DNA of 64,000 bases from Candidatus Latescibacterota bacterium (GTDB lineage: Bacteria > Latescibacterota > UBA2968). This document shows, piece after piece, positions 1 through 11,687 of this stretch. The notes below the pieces were generated by a model. It did no database searches and was not told where the DNA came from. It saw only the letters and a list, made by a program, of their open reading frames with translations. The translations under genes and the position numbers were made by a program. Position 1 is the first letter of the stretch. Each line of letters begins with the position of its first letter. Where the stretch lies: assembly GCA_965204375.1 (NCBI GenBank), contig OZ241986.1, forward strand, positions 896,001 through 960,000, given 5' to 3'.

Positions 1-17
1 TTCCGCTCCACGGCTAC

Positions 18-902
18 TCATCTCACGATCTGAGGTGACGCATAAAGATCGGGCCTGGCCTCGTTCGCTGTGAAGCAACCGGATGATCGCGCTTTCTCTA
101 TTAAATCTCTCGAGACCTCGGTCACGATCATGCCTTCCACTGGCGCGTGTTCGTCGATGAACTGGCCGTTCGGATCGATCGCGAAGGCAAGTCCCGGAAA
201 CCATGCGTTGCCGCTCTTTCCCGCCTGGTTGGCGTAGAAAATGTAGAGCGCATTGTCCACTGCCCTTGCTGGCAAGACCTGGGCGGCAAGCTGTCGATGT
301 TCGGCTGCCTGTTCGGTCTGATCGCCGTTAGGGGTGACGTTGTCAGCGCGGCCGCTTGCACCTACGGCGAGGAGGAAAAAGTCCGCGCCCTCCTGTGCGG
401 CGGTTCGGAAGATCTCCGGAAACCTCAGGTCGTAGCAGATCCCCACGCCGAAGGTCCAGCCTTGCGATGTCACGATAGGGAGTTGGCTCCCCGGTTCGAA
501 CCAGGCCCGCTCGGTTTCATTCGGGATGTGCAGTTTGGTGAAGGTCGCGAGGTAACCGCTGGGCCCTACGATGTAGGCGCTGTTGCGATAGCGTTCGCCC
601 GCTGGCTCGATGGTACCGACGACAAGGGTCATGTCGAGTTCGCTGCAGAGCGATTCGAGGAACGGAATTGATTTCTCGGCCGCAGCTTCTGCGATCCGCC
701 TGGACTCCTCGGGAGGAATGCCCGATTTGTTCATCGAGCCCGTGATGCACTCTTCGGGAAAGAGCGCAAACGTGGCACCTTGCCTGTGAGCCTCTCTCGA
801 CCACTTGGCAATTCGGTCGAGGTTGGTTGTGGGGGCGCCCATCGCGCTGTGCATGGCGACCGATGCGATACGTGTTTTTGTGTTGTTCATGGGATATGCC
901 AT
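18..902 (-). CDS. Carbon-nitrogen hydrolase (nitrilase superfamily)
   Basis: Glu-Lys-Cys triad motifs LFPEE, FTKLHIP and GICYDLRFPE; GGAGAGAGG RBS upstream of the ATG. Confidence 0.85.
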   Translation of the reverse strand: MAYPMNNTKTRIASVAMHSAMGAPTTNLDRIAKWSREAHRQGATFALFPEECITGSMNKSGIPPEESRRIAEAAAEKSIPFLESLCSELDMTLVVGTIEPAGERYRNSAYIVGPSGYLATFTKLHIPNETERAWFEPGSQLPIVTSQGWTFGVGICYDLRFPEIFRTAAQEGADFFLLAVGASGRADNVTPNGDQTEQAAEHRQLAAQVLPARAVDNALYIFYANQAGKSGNAWFPGLAFAIDPNGQFIDEHAPVEGMIVTEVSRDLIEKARSSGCFTANEARPDLYASPQIVR

Positions 903-940
903 TCGACCCTCTCTCCGATGCGTGGTTATTCATGTGTATC

Positions 941-1906
941 TCATACAGCCGAACGAATCGAATAAACCGCTTCGACAGAACCGACGTTCGGGCGGCGGTT
1001 CTCATCGTTCTGCAGGATGCTGCGGGCGAAGAAATCGTCGAACAGTTCCAACTCAAATTCTTTCACAATGTCTATGGCCGAGCGCTTATCCGAATTGCTG
1101 TGGATCAAGGCGGCTCCGAGATAGCTCGGCACGTCGATCGTGACCTCATCCTGGTATTTCTTCTCGATCAGAGGAAACTTGCCGGAGTTTCCGCTGCGTT
1201 TGACCAGCACACGGTCCAGATTGATCGTTGCACACATCGTGCGTGAATAGTTGGTGTTCAGTTTCACGGGCTGGCCGAGGGGATCGATCACCCCGCCTCC
1301 GTAGAACCGAAGCGCGGTCAGATAGTAGCACTGGCATTCGTACGCCCATTGCTGCTGAAGGAATCCGCCGTGATAGGCACTGGGAAATGTGAGGATGTCC
1401 GGTTTCAGGTCTCGGTATTCGAACCGAAGCTGTTCGAATTTCTGGTCAAAACAAATCACCCCTCCAAGGCGACCAATCGCGGTGTCGAAAACTTTGGGAC
1501 CATCACCCGAGCGCAACCCTTGTTTTCGTTCGTTATCCGTCAGGAACGTCTTGTGATAGGCACCGATCACTGAGCCGTCAGGGCCGATATACACAATCGA
1601 ATTGAACACATCGTCGCCTTCGCGGAGCTTGATGGATCCGGCCACGTGGCATGACTCGGCCCTGGCGAAATCCCGGTACATTGACAAAAACGGACCTGGC
1701 TGTTCCACGGTCTCGGCCGTTTCCAGGGTCTGGCCGTATCCTTCGACCAGCTCACAGGTCAACACCAGGTCCAGGTTGTATCCTTTCAATGAATTGAGAT
1801 CGTTCCGGGTCATACGCAGTACTTTTTCCATGCTCTCGGGTTCACCCCGCTGCAAATCGGAAAATGCACTGAACTGAATCGACCCAACTCTTACGAATCG
1901 TGCCAT
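941..1906 (-). CDS. Carbon-nitrogen hydrolase family protein
   Basis: LTCE, AYHKTFLT and GGVICFD motifs; AAGGAG RBS. Confidence 0.8.
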   Translation of the reverse strand: MARFVRVGSIQFSAFSDLQRGEPESMEKVLRMTRNDLNSLKGYNLDLVLTCELVEGYGQTLETAETVEQPGPFLSMYRDFARAESCHVAGSIKLREGDDVFNSIVYIGPDGSVIGAYHKTFLTDNERKQGLRSGDGPKVFDTAIGRLGGVICFDQKFEQLRFEYRDLKPDILTFPSAYHGGFLQQQWAYECQCYYLTALRFYGGGVIDPLGQPVKLNTNYSRTMCATINLDRVLVKRSGNSGKFPLIEKKYQDEVTIDVPSYLGAALIHSNSDKRSAIDIVKEFELELFDDFFARSILQNDENRRPNVGSVEAVYSIRSAV

Positions 1907-1947
1907 ATATCTCTCCTTTCACAATGCTAATCGTGCTGGACCGTCCA

Positions 1948-3237
1948 TTAGAGCGCGGCGTTGCCCGCCTCCGTCCGCAAGCTGTGTCGGCCCTCCATAT
2001 GCGCGTGCCAATCCATGCCGATCTCCGGTCGTGATCGGGTCGGTCTGGGCAGCGCATTCGCCTGCTCCGCCACGATCGCCGGCACGCCCACGTCGCTCAG
2101 CAACTGCGCTAGATACGCCATCCGCACCAGCGTCTCGCTCTGGTAAAGACTCATGCCATCGACCCCCGCCGCGTACTGTCGCGCCGCCAGTGCATAGGCC
2201 GGTTGCGGCGCGTAAAAACCCGTATTCTTCTCTACCTGGTTTTCGATCAGCCCTTTGGATCCCACACCGCCAATGCACAGTTTGCCGTGTCGGTGTGCCA
2301 CCGCTGCGTGATAGCCGACGTGCAGGTCCAGATCCTCGCGGGTCAGAGGAAAGGGACTCAACATCAATCCGTCGACCAGATCCTCCTCGCACCAGCGATC
2401 GCTGTCCAGTCCATAGGCCAGCATCAGCCATCGCGCGTTGTCGGGCACCCGGGCGATGATTGGGCAGCGCCGATCCAATTTGCCCTCCTGGATGCGCACT
2501 GCCCGCCGCAGTTCGGTCATAAATCCGGTCAGTACGTCGGCCCGGTACTGGAACCACGTCCGGTACTGCTCGAAGTCGTCTGAGTCGATTTCGTGCGGAT
2601 CCATCCCCGTCTCCGCTATAAACGGCTCGACTAGCGCTGGATGGTATAGCAGCATCGGCATCTGCCGGCAGAAGTCGAGCACCAGCCCGTTGACGCCGAT
2701 CCTCTGACACTCGAGCAAAATATCGATCCGCTCGCGCCGCACTTCCGCCAGCGCGTAGCACAGCCGGCTGGCGTCCTCGTTGCCCGGCTTGGTCACCTCC
2801 CTGAAGGCCGGATTGTCCAGCGCGAATTTGGACGTGACCCCTATCCAGTCTGCCCGGCCATAGTGGCGGTTCATCCCCAGGCGGCCCCATAGTTGCGCCC
2901 CACGGTCGCGGCACAGCGCCAGCGCGTGCCGCAGCGGACACACCTCATTCATCACCTTGCGAACAAAGCTCCAGGATATGCCTCCGACTTGGTCACCATT
3001 TTCGCACATCCGCGTGATATGGGGCAACTCGGACCAGTAGTCCACCACCGAACGCCCCAGATTCCAAACCAGATGGTCGCAGCCCGCTTGCAGGTGCAGG
3101 TCGACGCACTCGGCCAGTGCTTTAGGCCCCGGGCACGGCTTGTCGTAGTTGGCGTAGTAGCACATCCACTCCGAGATGCCAAACACCGGTTTTTCGTTGC
3201 CGCTTGCCTCGCGCAATTCGAGTTGCTCTTGCGCCAT
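1948..3237 (-). CDS. Putative glycoside hydrolase-like TIM barrel (GHL10/DUF187-like)
   Basis: LCYALAEVRRERIDIL...GVNGLVLDFCR and WCEEDLVDGL segments resemble GHL10-like proteins; AGGAGG RBS; GC-rich. Confidence 0.5.
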   Translation of the reverse strand: MAQEQLELREASGNEKPVFGISEWMCYYANYDKPCPGPKALAECVDLHLQAGCDHLVWNLGRSVVDYWSELPHITRMCENGDQVGGISWSFVRKVMNEVCPLRHALALCRDRGAQLWGRLGMNRHYGRADWIGVTSKFALDNPAFREVTKPGNEDASRLCYALAEVRRERIDILLECQRIGVNGLVLDFCRQMPMLLYHPALVEPFIAETGMDPHEIDSDDFEQYRTWFQYRADVLTGFMTELRRAVRIQEGKLDRRCPIIARVPDNARWLMLAYGLDSDRWCEEDLVDGLMLSPFPLTREDLDLHVGYHAAVAHRHGKLCIGGVGSKGLIENQVEKNTGFYAPQPAYALAARQYAAGVDGMSLYQSETLVRMAYLAQLLSDVGVPAIVAEQANALPRPTRSRPEIGMDWHAHMEGRHSLRTEAGNAAL

Positions 3238-3302
3238 CTAAGGTGACCTCCTGATCGGGTGTATTTATCGAAAGCCGCATGGGCCCATAAATCCAGGCGA
3301 CC

Positions 3303-3331
3303 TGTACGCCGAGCCTTTGGGTCGGCGTACA
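3303..3331 (-). terminator. GC-rich hairpin right after the beta-propeller gene stop
   Basis: TGTACGCCGA-N9-TCGGCGTACA perfect 10-bp inverted repeat; no clear U-tract. Confidence 0.35.
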
Positions 3332-4267
3332 TTAAGCGGGCCATCGCGCGGTGCCGATGGCGTAATACTTGTGTACAAAAGGTGGTTTGGTGCGCGAAGC
3401 GTACCACATGCGCAGGGAGCCGTCGGATAGGCGCAAGAGCGAATGGCTGGTGGTAAAGTGCGATTCCCAGAGCCGCGAAGGGTCGGGGCTGAAGACCGGA
3501 TTGTGAGGGCTTTTCGTCCAGTTGAGGCCGTCTTCGCTGATGGCAAATCCGATAGAGGTTTTCATGACTTCGGGCGGATAGCTGCTATAGCTGCCGTACC
3601 ACATCAGATAATAACCGTCTTCTTTGAGAACGGTTGGATAGACCAGGCGCTGGAACTCCCATTCCTGGTCCAATTCCAATACCGGTTGGGGATGGACTTG
3701 CCACTCAAAGCCGTCGTCGCTGTGGGCGGCGCGTATGGTCCAGGGGTCGGCAGTCACATCGGTGTACCACAGGCGGTAGCGATCGTCTTCCCAAAATAGG
3801 GTGGGGGCGTAGGCGTTCTCTAATAGGGGAGCGGAGGGCGTCTCCCAGCAAATCCCGTCGTCGCTGGTCATGGTGTGCAGGGTGTGGCGTGTGTCGCCAG
3901 AAGGGAAGTTGGTCGAGGAAAAAAACATACGCAGCTTGCCAGCCTCGCGCCGCAGGGAGCCGTCCGGGTGGCGCACCAGGGTGGGGGTGAGGATGGAATG
4001 GTCGGTCCCCAGAGTACAAACCGGGGAGGCGGGGTGTCGTGTAAAATGCAGGCCGTCGTCGCTGGTGGCCAGCCCCAGAGCAAAAACTCGCAGCTCCACT
4101 TCGCCGCGCGAGCCGCTGTACCACATGTAATAGCGCCCGTTTTCCAAAGCGACACAGGGAGCAAAGAGGTGGGTGTCGTCAAATTGACCGGCTGCGCCCA
4201 AGGACAGACAGGGTGCATCGATGTCTCGCTGCCAGGGTTGTGGATCCAGCCACTGGTTTTTGTCCAT
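3332..4267 (-). CDS. Five-bladed beta-propeller glycosidase-like protein (GH32/GH43/GH130-like fold)
   Basis: Repeated blades YYMWYSG, LGLATSDDG, AHSDDGFEW, GFAISEDGLNW and YLMWYG. Confidence 0.65.
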   Translation of the reverse strand: MDKNQWLDPQPWQRDIDAPCLSLGAAGQFDDTHLFAPCVALENGRYYMWYSGSRGEVELRVFALGLATSDDGLHFTRHPASPVCTLGTDHSILTPTLVRHPDGSLRREAGKLRMFFSSTNFPSGDTRHTLHTMTSDDGICWETPSAPLLENAYAPTLFWEDDRYRLWYTDVTADPWTIRAAHSDDGFEWQVHPQPVLELDQEWEFQRLVYPTVLKEDGYYLMWYGSYSSYPPEVMKTSIGFAISEDGLNWTKSPHNPVFSPDPSRLWESHFTTSHSLLRLSDGSLRMWYASRTKPPFVHKYYAIGTARWPA

Positions 4268-4284
4268 AATCTATTTTCCTCATT

Positions 4285-5703
4285 TCACCTCGCTGTATAA
4301 TCCCCCTCCAAAATACAGGGGAGACCATCGCGGGCCATCAGTGCAATTCGCGCCAATCCATGCTGTAAAAAACTCGGTCCCATCTGCGATTCGTACCAAT
4401 CAATTCCCGACGCACCTCTCGGCAGATCGCCGTCCATATAAATGGCGATAAGCGTCTCGGCAAGGGCCATGCCCCCGTCCAGCCATCTGTCCTCTCCCGT
4501 CAGATCATATAAATCTGCCAACAACTCCAACCCCAATCCGGCATCCATCGATGGTACGGCAATGTCATCCGGGAAATCGGTTTCCAAATAGCTCTTTCCA
4601 ACCGCGACGGTCCACGCAAAAAGCCCTTGATGGGGCCGAATGCGATGGCCACACAGGGCAAAAAGAGCGGCATAACAAGCGGGCCAGTTTCCATATACGC
4701 TGCCCCAAACCGGCATCGTTCCTTTCGCCTCGTTGGAACTCCGGTAAGAGGAATTCACATAAATACCCCGTTCCAGATCGTGGGGAGCTTTTAAAAAGCC
4801 GTCGATATAAACGGCTGCCCGTTCTCTCATGCGAGTGGCCAGATCTGGTAACGCACCTGCAATCAACTCGGCGGATTCAAGCAGGCTCACCCCCAGGGAG
4901 AGCGTCTGCCCGGGCGCGTTGATTTGATAAAAATCCTCATCGTCTTCCGGCGACCGGCTCTCCGTCTGCAGCAGGCCCAGGTCGTCCCGCTTCTCCCACC
5001 AGTAGTCCAGCATGGTTTCGATCTGTTGTACAAAATCCGTCCGACCCGTCTTCAAGTAGGCAAACGCCCAATCGAAAATGTAAAATCCCCCATGCCTCGG
5101 AAAATCGCAGGACCGCGCCCCCCGGGCATAGGGTCGTTTCTCATCGATATAAGCATGCCGGATGTATTCCAGCGGCTCCCCTTCGGTCCAATGTCCATCG
5201 ATCCCCTCGGCAAAGCGCTCGACGCATGGCGGATTGAAGGCATACAGTTTTTCCCACAGCCAGAGCGGTGCTTGTCGCAGGTGATCGTGTGTCGTCATAC
5301 TGGGTCTTGCCCCTTCCCGCAACTGATAGCTATCTGCCACCCGATCTTCCAATAGGTGCCAGTACGCGTGTTCTCCCCAGGGGAAAATACCCGTTATCGT
5401 ATCCGTACAGTGGGTTGCAAATCGCTGCAAATACCGGTCTGCCGCCTGTGCATAATCCGGACGGTCCAACGCTTCGGCAAGCGCGTACATCGTCTTCAGC
5501 GCCGCCTGATCGTGAATCAGATTGCTGCCCAGGTGTGATCGGTCGCCATCCCGCTGTCCCGCAATCGCCGGTGGCATTTTCGTCATCATCCGATGGGTCG
5601 ATCGATCGATAATCGAAGGGAACAACCCCTCATAGGTCGCTCCCAATGCGATCAAAATATCCAGCGAACGACACACCTTCTCAAGCATGGTTTCGGGGTT
5701 CAT
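4285..5703 (-). CDS. Alpha/alpha-toroid protein, distantly pectate lyase PL2-like; paralog of 48685..50229
   Basis: Start placed at MNPETML (GGAGG RBS). RDGDRS..GSN, AQAAD..L..F...C....TG.F.WGEH and FPRHGG are shared with 48685..50229. Confidence 0.45.
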   Translation of the reverse strand: MNPETMLEKVCRSLDILIALGATYEGLFPSIIDRSTHRMMTKMPPAIAGQRDGDRSHLGSNLIHDQAALKTMYALAEALDRPDYAQAADRYLQRFATHCTDTITGIFPWGEHAYWHLLEDRVADSYQLREGARPSMTTHDHLRQAPLWLWEKLYAFNPPCVERFAEGIDGHWTEGEPLEYIRHAYIDEKRPYARGARSCDFPRHGGFYIFDWAFAYLKTGRTDFVQQIETMLDYWWEKRDDLGLLQTESRSPEDDEDFYQINAPGQTLSLGVSLLESAELIAGALPDLATRMRERAAVYIDGFLKAPHDLERGIYVNSSYRSSNEAKGTMPVWGSVYGNWPACYAALFALCGHRIRPHQGLFAWTVAVGKSYLETDFPDDIAVPSMDAGLGLELLADLYDLTGEDRWLDGGMALAETLIAIYMDGDLPRGASGIDWYESQMGPSFLQHGLARIALMARDGLPCILEGDYTAR

Positions 5704-5755
5704 CAGTGGCCTCCGGTCTAAAGAATGTCTTATGGCCGGTACTTCCGAATGGATA

Positions 5756-5786
5756 ATTATATAGGGTCTTTCAGGGGTTGGGTCAA
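5756..5786 (-). promoter_or_regulatory. Putative sigma70 promoter
   Basis: TTGACC-N17-TATATAAT upstream of the gene starting at 5703. Confidence 0.35.
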
Positions 5787-5855
5787 GCGGTGCAGAGGGT
5801 GCGCCCATCGGGGCGCGGAAGGTGGCATTGAGCGATACGTCTTCAATCTGTTTTT

Positions 5856-8800
5856 TTAAAATCCGTCCGTCGAACGGCTCAAACTGTACCGGGCATTTGT
5901 GAACAGAGAGACGACATCCTCCAGAATCATATACAGACAGGGCACTAACAAAAGAATTATAGACGTCGCGAAAACAATACCAAATCCGAGAGAGATTGCC
6001 ATAGGAATGAGATAATAAGCCTGGCGGGATGTCTCCAAAATAATTGGTGTCAAACCACCAAATGTTGTCAACGTCGTCAAAATAATGGGTTTGAAGCGCC
6101 GAAGCCCAGCAGTATGAATCGCCTCAAAAGCCGAACAATGGGCACGCCTTTTATTTGCATAATCGATCATAATCAGTGAGTCATTTACCACAACACCCGA
6201 CAAGGCGATTACGCCCATCAAACTGATAAGCGACAAGTCATAACCCAGCAAAATATGACCGATCACAGCGCCCACAATCCCAAACGGAATCGCCACCATC
6301 ACAATCAAGGGCTGGACATAGCTGCCAAATGCTATGGCGAGTAACATATACACAATGGCCATCGCCATGACAAACCCGCCCCATAGTGCCTGTGTTGACT
6401 CGCGCATCTCAGCCTGCGTCCCCTGAAACGTCCAGGTTAATCCCGGATACTCAGCGCGAATTTGTGGCAACACATCGGTATTAATCGCTTCCATAACGCG
6501 CGTCATCGCTCGCTTGGGCTCCACATCCATACTCACCGTCACTACGCGCCGACCATCTCGCCGATTAATACTTGTAAACGCTTCGCCACGCTCAATATCT
6601 ACCACATCCATCAAAGGCACTTCTGTCCCCTCAGGTGTACGCACGACAAATTCTTCGAGATGGCGAATATCCTTTCGCTCTGCCATCGGCAATTTCACGC
6701 GCATTTCAATTTCATTTGTACCGCGCAACTGACGCATCGCCAGTGCGCCGTAAAACGCATCGCGCAACTGACGCCCTACCTCAACCGCCGTCAATCCCAA
6801 ATTTCGGCCTTCCGGACGCAACACAAAATCAAACTGCGCTTTACCTTTATTGTAATTGTCACTCACATCGTGCGTCTCTTCAAACCCTTCGGCGCGCTCT
6901 AAAAATGCCCGACTGGCTTTGGCCAAAACGTCAATATCCGAATGGCTCAAATCGACGCTGATATCCTGTTGCCAACCGCCCGGCCCACTCTCGGCCTCAA
7001 ACGTAATCTGACTGACACCATCAATATCCCCGATGTTATCGCGCCATAGTGAGATGATCTCTCCTGTCGTCATATCGTGTTCATCGGGCGGTTTCATCAC
7101 AATTTCTACATCGATAAAACTCCCCCCGCGCACATTGGTTTTAATCCCTTCGGCCACGCGATAAAGGTTGTGCGTTTCAAACATGCGATGGGTCGATTCG
7201 GTCACATCATGTGCAACCCGCGCTGCTTGATCCTGCGTAGTCCCCACGGGCAATCGGATACCCGCCTCAATTTCATCGGCAGAAACTTCGGGCATCATAA
7301 TCATACCCATATGATCGCTGTATCCATAACCGCCCACCACCATCAGCAAAGCAACAGCAGATGCAATCGTAACGTACCGATGCCGAATGCATACATCCAG
7401 AAACCTGCGATAGTGTTGGTCGATAAACCGATTGAAATGGTTGGCAATAGATTGTTGCCAGCGATGTGCAGTGCCACTTACCGGCGAAACAGCGCGTTTT
7501 GAAAGGTGCCCGAGATGCGCAGGCAAAATAAATAGCGCCTCCAAAAGAGACACGGCCAGCACAGTGATGACAACCGCAGGCAATGGCCACCAGAATTTTC
7601 CCGTGGTGCCGGGCATAAACAAAAGCGGCAGAAAAGCCACAATCGTAGTCAAAATGCTGAACGTAACCGGCCTGGCAATATCATGTGTACCCGCAATGGC
7701 CGCCTGCATCGGGCTCATACCTCGTTCCCGATATTCATGTACATTTTCACCTACAACAATTGCATCATCTACTACAATGCCGAGTACCACCAAAAATGCA
7801 AACATAGAAACCATATTGATGCTCACATCAATAGCAGGCAGAAACACCAGTCCGCCAATGAAAGAAATGGCCATCCCCATCATCACCCAAAATGCAAGCC
7901 GAAACTCGAGGAACATCGCCAGAATAAGCAAAACAATCACGACAGCCAGCATCCCGTTTTCGATCAGCAAAAACAACCGATCTTTGTAATCCTCTGCACT
8001 GTTGCTGTCGATCCGATACTTCACACCAGGCAGCAGGGTGGTCTCAAAATCTGCCATGATATTTTTAACAGCCTCGGCAATCTCAAGTGGCGATTGATTC
8101 CCAATCCGATAGATATCCACACCAACTGTAAGCTGCCGATTAAACCGTTCGTGAAATCCGCCTTCTTCAAAGCCATCCGTGATCTTTGCCAGGTCCGCCA
8201 GTGTAACCCCACCACCTCCTTCTGAGGGGATAATCACAATACGACTATATTCATCGGCCCACTGCTTGCGCTCTTTCATGCGCAACAAAATTTCACCCGT
8301 ACCCGTATCTACAGAACCCGCAGGAATGTCTTCACTCGACGAAACAATCACGCGTGCCACATCGCGTAGTGTAAGACCGTATTCACGCAACCTGTGCTGA
8401 GGAATTTCAATATGCGTCCTGTATTCTGGCACATTGCCAAGCTCGACCTGTGTAATGGTCGGATCGCTCAGCAAGCGATCCCTTAGCTGTTCGGCCAGAC
8501 TTCTCAGCGTACCGATATCCACATCGCCATATAGCCCAATATCCATCACATTGCGCTGTTGTGCCCTCAGGCTGACTTCGGGTTGTTCTATATCATCGGG
8601 AAATGTCCGAATCCGATTGACTGCCTGATCAATATCCTGAAAGGCTTTCCCCCGGTTGGTGCCTGCCACAAGTTCAATGGTCACACTCCCACGCCCTTCG
8701 CGGGCCTGAGACGACATCTCCTTGATCCCCTGCACACCGCGCACAGCTTCTTCTATCGGCTGTAAAATCCCCTGTTCCACTTCCGCAGGTGCCGCACCCG

Positions 8801-8990
8801 GATAGCCCACACTGACCGAGACGATATCCAGTTCATACTGCGGATAGACCTCCTTCTGGATATGAAAAGCCGTCCAGATCCCGCCTCCAACGAGGATGAC
8901 CATAAACAGATTGGCCGCAATAGCATTGCGCGCCATCCAGGCAATCGGACCTCGTGCTTCTTCAAATGTATCCTGTGTCTCATTCATCAC
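5856..8990 (-). CDS. RND efflux permease (AcrB/AcrD/AcrF family)
   Basis: 1044 aa; [21 protein letters not shown] and [12 protein letters not shown] motifs; typical transmembrane segment pattern. Confidence 0.95.
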   Translation of the reverse strand: MMNETQDTFEEARGPIAWMARNAIAANLFMVILVGGGIWTAFHIQKEVYPQYELDIVSVSVGYPGAAPAEVEQGILQPIEEAVRGVQGIKEMSSQAREGRGSVTIELVAGTNRGKAFQDIDQAVNRIRTFPDDIEQPEVSLRAQQRNVMDIGLYGDVDIGTLRSLAEQLRDRLLSDPTITQVELGNVPEYRTHIEIPQHRLREYGLTLRDVARVIVSSSEDIPAGSVDTGTGEILLRMKERKQWADEYSRIVIIPSEGGGGVTLADLAKITDGFEEGGFHERFNRQLTVGVDIYRIGNQSPLEIAEAVKNIMADFETTLLPGVKYRIDSNSAEDYKDRLFLLIENGMLAVVIVLLILAMFLEFRLAFWVMMGMAISFIGGLVFLPAIDVSINMVSMFAFLVVLGIVVDDAIVVGENVHEYRERGMSPMQAAIAGTHDIARPVTFSILTTIVAFLPLLFMPGTTGKFWWPLPAVVITVLAVSLLEALFILPAHLGHLSKRAVSPVSGTAHRWQQSIANHFNRFIDQHYRRFLDVCIRHRYVTIASAVALLMVVGGYGYSDHMGMIMMPEVSADEIEAGIRLPVGTTQDQAARVAHDVTESTHRMFETHNLYRVAEGIKTNVRGGSFIDVEIVMKPPDEHDMTTGEIISLWRDNIGDIDGVSQITFEAESGPGGWQQDISVDLSHSDIDVLAKASRAFLERAEGFEETHDVSDNYNKGKAQFDFVLRPEGRNLGLTAVEVGRQLRDAFYGALAMRQLRGTNEIEMRVKLPMAERKDIRHLEEFVVRTPEGTEVPLMDVVDIERGEAFTSINRRDGRRVVTVSMDVEPKRAMTRVMEAINTDVLPQIRAEYPGLTWTFQGTQAEMRESTQALWGGFVMAMAIVYMLLAIAFGSYVQPLIVMVAIPFGIVGAVIGHILLGYDLSLISLMGVIALSGVVVNDSLIMIDYANKRRAHCSAFEAIHTAGLRRFKPIILTTLTTFGGLTPIILETSRQAYYLIPMAISLGFGIVFATSIILLLVPCLYMILEDVVSLFTNARYSLSRSTDGF

Positions 8991-10186
8991 CGGGTGTCTC
9001 CCAGGGTTTTAGGATCTTCCTCTCCAACGCTTTTCACACGCAATTCTGCACCATCAGCGACTCGAGATAAATTGGTCGTAACCACCCGATCCTTATCCTG
9101 CAACCCATCCGATATATAAGCATAGTCGGCATCTTGAAAAACGATCTCAACAGACCTAATCCGCAACAGACCGTCTTTCATCACCCAGACCGTATTGCCA
9201 GCTCGGATATGATCGCGTGCCAGACGCACCACATTGGGAATTTCGTTGGCCTCAATATACGTCTCGACAAATGCGCCAATCATCAACGGAGACAGATGAT
9301 CAGATCCATCCTGATGAGCAAGCGGATCAGAAACAGAAACCAGTACCCGCGCCATGCGCGTTTTTTCTGCCAAAGCACCAATGAGTCTGTGAAGAGAGCC
9401 TGTGCGATAAGCACCTTTCTTTTTGGTCACACGATTGCGAATCTGTACCAACGATCCCTTTTCTGCCTCGCTGTTGGGAAAAGAAAGCCACGGGATTTTG
9501 GAAAGCGGAATGGTCGTCACCACCCAGTATGTATCCAGACCAACCAGACGCCCCAGATTATCGCGTGGAGAAACCAGAGACCCCACATTGGCATTGCGAC
9601 TTAAAATGTGCGCGTCAAAAGGCGCTTTAATGGTTGTTCTCTGCAATTCCAGTTCAGCCTGATTCACTGCCGCCTGCGCCGCTTCTACCCGTGCCCGAGC
9701 AGCATTGAGCTGAGGTTGGCGCAGCACAAGTGCCTCGAGCTCACCCGACAGCGTTTCATCTAAAATTTGATAATCTTTTTGCGCCACATTCTGCCGTCCC
9801 ATCTCAATATTCAAATCAGCAGTGGCACGACGCAGATCGCTCTTTTTTTGCAAAAGTACATTCTGATAATCTGCCGGATCAATCTGCAACAGTACCTGAC
9901 CTTTTTTGACAAACCCACCCGGCGTAAAAGTCGATGACAGCGAAAGTACACGTCCACCGACTTGTGGACTCAAGATGATATCCTGTTCTGCTTCAACCGT
10001 CCCCGTCGCCACAATCACAGGGCGATACGTACCGCGTTGCACCTCCACCACATCAACGAGCATCGCGGTTTTCTTAGTCGCCGCAACGCGCGTCGCCGTA
10101 GGCTCCGTCATAAAAATCAGCGCAGTAACACCTGCACCCACAATCAAAATACAAAAACAAATAATCAGAGCTTTTTTGCTATTCAC
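8987..10186 (-). CDS. RND periplasmic adaptor (membrane fusion protein)
   Basis: N-terminal TM segment; [14 protein letters not shown] and TTIKAPFDA lipoyl halves around a coiled hairpin; overlaps the permease start. Confidence 0.92.
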   Translation of the reverse strand: MNSKKALIICFCILIVGAGVTALIFMTEPTATRVAATKKTAMLVDVVEVQRGTYRPVIVATGTVEAEQDIILSPQVGGRVLSLSSTFTPGGFVKKGQVLLQIDPADYQNVLLQKKSDLRRATADLNIEMGRQNVAQKDYQILDETLSGELEALVLRQPQLNAARARVEAAQAAVNQAELELQRTTIKAPFDAHILSRNANVGSLVSPRDNLGRLVGLDTYWVVTTIPLSKIPWLSFPNSEAEKGSLVQIRNRVTKKKGAYRTGSLHRLIGALAEKTRMARVLVSVSDPLAHQDGSDHLSPLMIGAFVETYIEANEIPNVVRLARDHIRAGNTVWVMKDGLLRIRSVEIVFQDADYAYISDGLQDKDRVVTTNLSRVADGAELRVKSVGEEDPKTLGDTR

Positions 10187-10212
10187 GTTATGCCTATCCG
10201 TTTAATGATTTA

Positions 10213-11574
10213 TCAACGCCTGTTAAACGTACGAGCAATTTCAAAACCACCTGCGAGTGCCCGATAAAGCGCAATGCGGTATTCCAGCAAATCGAGTTTC
10301 GCAGAGATCAACGCTCGCCGGAGCCTCTGTTCGTTTGTCAGCGCGGTAAGTACGTCGAGATAATCGCTGATGCCATTTAAATACTCCAGCCTCAACTGAT
10401 CATACGTCTGCCTCACCAGATCGACCTGCGTTTCGAGACTCGCGATGCGTTCAACCTGTTTTTGTTCTTGAACCAATGCATTTTCCACTTCGGCAAATGC
10501 CGTCAAAACCGTCTGCCCATAAGCCGAAAGTTGTGCGCTTTTGTTGGCTTTATTGCGCTTGATTTCTGCCCCCCGTTCACCACCATCGATAACAGGCAGC
10601 AAAAGATTGCCTATCAGATTGCCCACCCAATCTTTAAACAGACCACCGCGATCATCACCCGATGCCAATGCCGTCAGGCTCAAACGCGGATACCGATTGC
10701 TGATAGCGACCGCCACATCGCGATCCGCCGCCAGCAGCAGGTTATAAGCCCTTTTGACATCTGGACGTCGCTGAATCAACTCAACGGGCAAACCCGTATC
10801 TGGCAGCGGTGGCAGATCTGGCAAAGCGCGATGCGTATAGGCAATGCCATTCTGAGGGGCATAACCCAACAAAATAGCGAGTTGGTGTTCCAACACTTCG
10901 ATTCTGGATTCTGTCGCGATTTTTTGTTCGCGTGTGGATTCGAGCAATTGCATTTGTCGCAAGATATCCACACTGCGAATCTGCCCACTGCCAAAACGCG
11001 CTCGAATCAGACTCAGCACTTGCTGATTGGTCTCGATCTGATGCTCAAAAAGTTCGTGCTGACTTTGCGCTTCCATCAATTGAAGATAAGTACGCACGAC
11101 CTCTGCAGAAAGCGACAATGCCACAGTCTGATAATCCGCCTCAGTCGCCCGTGCGCGATAACGCGCGGCATCCACACCCGAGCGAATCTGCCCCCACAGA
11201 TCTATTTCGTATTCAGACGTGATGCCCAAACGGATTTGCGCATTATTTTCAGAATCTGGACGCTGAACCTCACCGCGCCCGGATACGTCCAGCGTTGGAA
11301 ACCGACCAGCCCCTTCGCGATCCACAACAGCCTGTGCACTTCGCAACCGATGCCACGCCGTCTCCAAGCTGAAATTGGACTGCAATGCGCGATCGACAAG
11401 GCTGTCCATACGCGCATCTCCAAAAGCGGTCCACCACCGTTCAGAAAGCGCCTGTGAGGCATGAGTGGAAAAAGCTTTGGGAGGTTCAAAAGGAAGGGTG
11501 AGATTTGCAGACCTGGGCGAACACCCAAAAACAAATACGGACCAGATCAAAAGAAATGAGCGAACATATAGCAT
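10213..11574 (-). CDS. Efflux outer membrane lipoprotein (NodT/TolC family)
   Basis: Lipobox VFGC; WWTAFGD, YEIDLWG, ELIQRRPDV and YRALAGG motifs; start chosen at MLYVRS. Confidence 0.9.
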   Translation of the reverse strand: MLYVRSFLLIWSVFVFGCSPRSANLTLPFEPPKAFSTHASQALSERWWTAFGDARMDSLVDRALQSNFSLETAWHRLRSAQAVVDREGAGRFPTLDVSGRGEVQRPDSENNAQIRLGITSEYEIDLWGQIRSGVDAARYRARATEADYQTVALSLSAEVVRTYLQLMEAQSQHELFEHQIETNQQVLSLIRARFGSGQIRSVDILRQMQLLESTREQKIATESRIEVLEHQLAILLGYAPQNGIAYTHRALPDLPPLPDTGLPVELIQRRPDVKRAYNLLLAADRDVAVAISNRYPRLSLTALASGDDRGGLFKDWVGNLIGNLLLPVIDGGERGAEIKRNKANKSAQLSAYGQTVLTAFAEVENALVQEQKQVERIASLETQVDLVRQTYDQLRLEYLNGISDYLDVLTALTNEQRLRRALISAKLDLLEYRIALYRALAGGFEIARTFNRR

Positions 11575-11687
11575 GTGTGAGATAATTCCCAAATGATAGC
11601 CTGTAATGTAAACCCCACAATATAATAACCAAATAGAATTATGGAATCAAGTAACCACTTACTTATTTATCCGCACTTGGAGCGGTT

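Noticed and set aside
1919-2941. 340-aa alternative-frame ORF
   Set aside because: Arg/Gly/Ala-rich shadow of the GC-rich gene 1948..3237; only its last 9 codons are noted as a possible orphan start.
10462-11457. Long antisense ORFs (also 38819..39673, 39695..40459 and 45811..47004)
   Set aside because: They lie opposite well-supported genes and have no recognisable motifs.
5856-11574. RND system as an antibiotic-resistance or novel system
   Set aside because: Ordinary tripartite OMF-MFP-RND operon; the substrate cannot be inferred.
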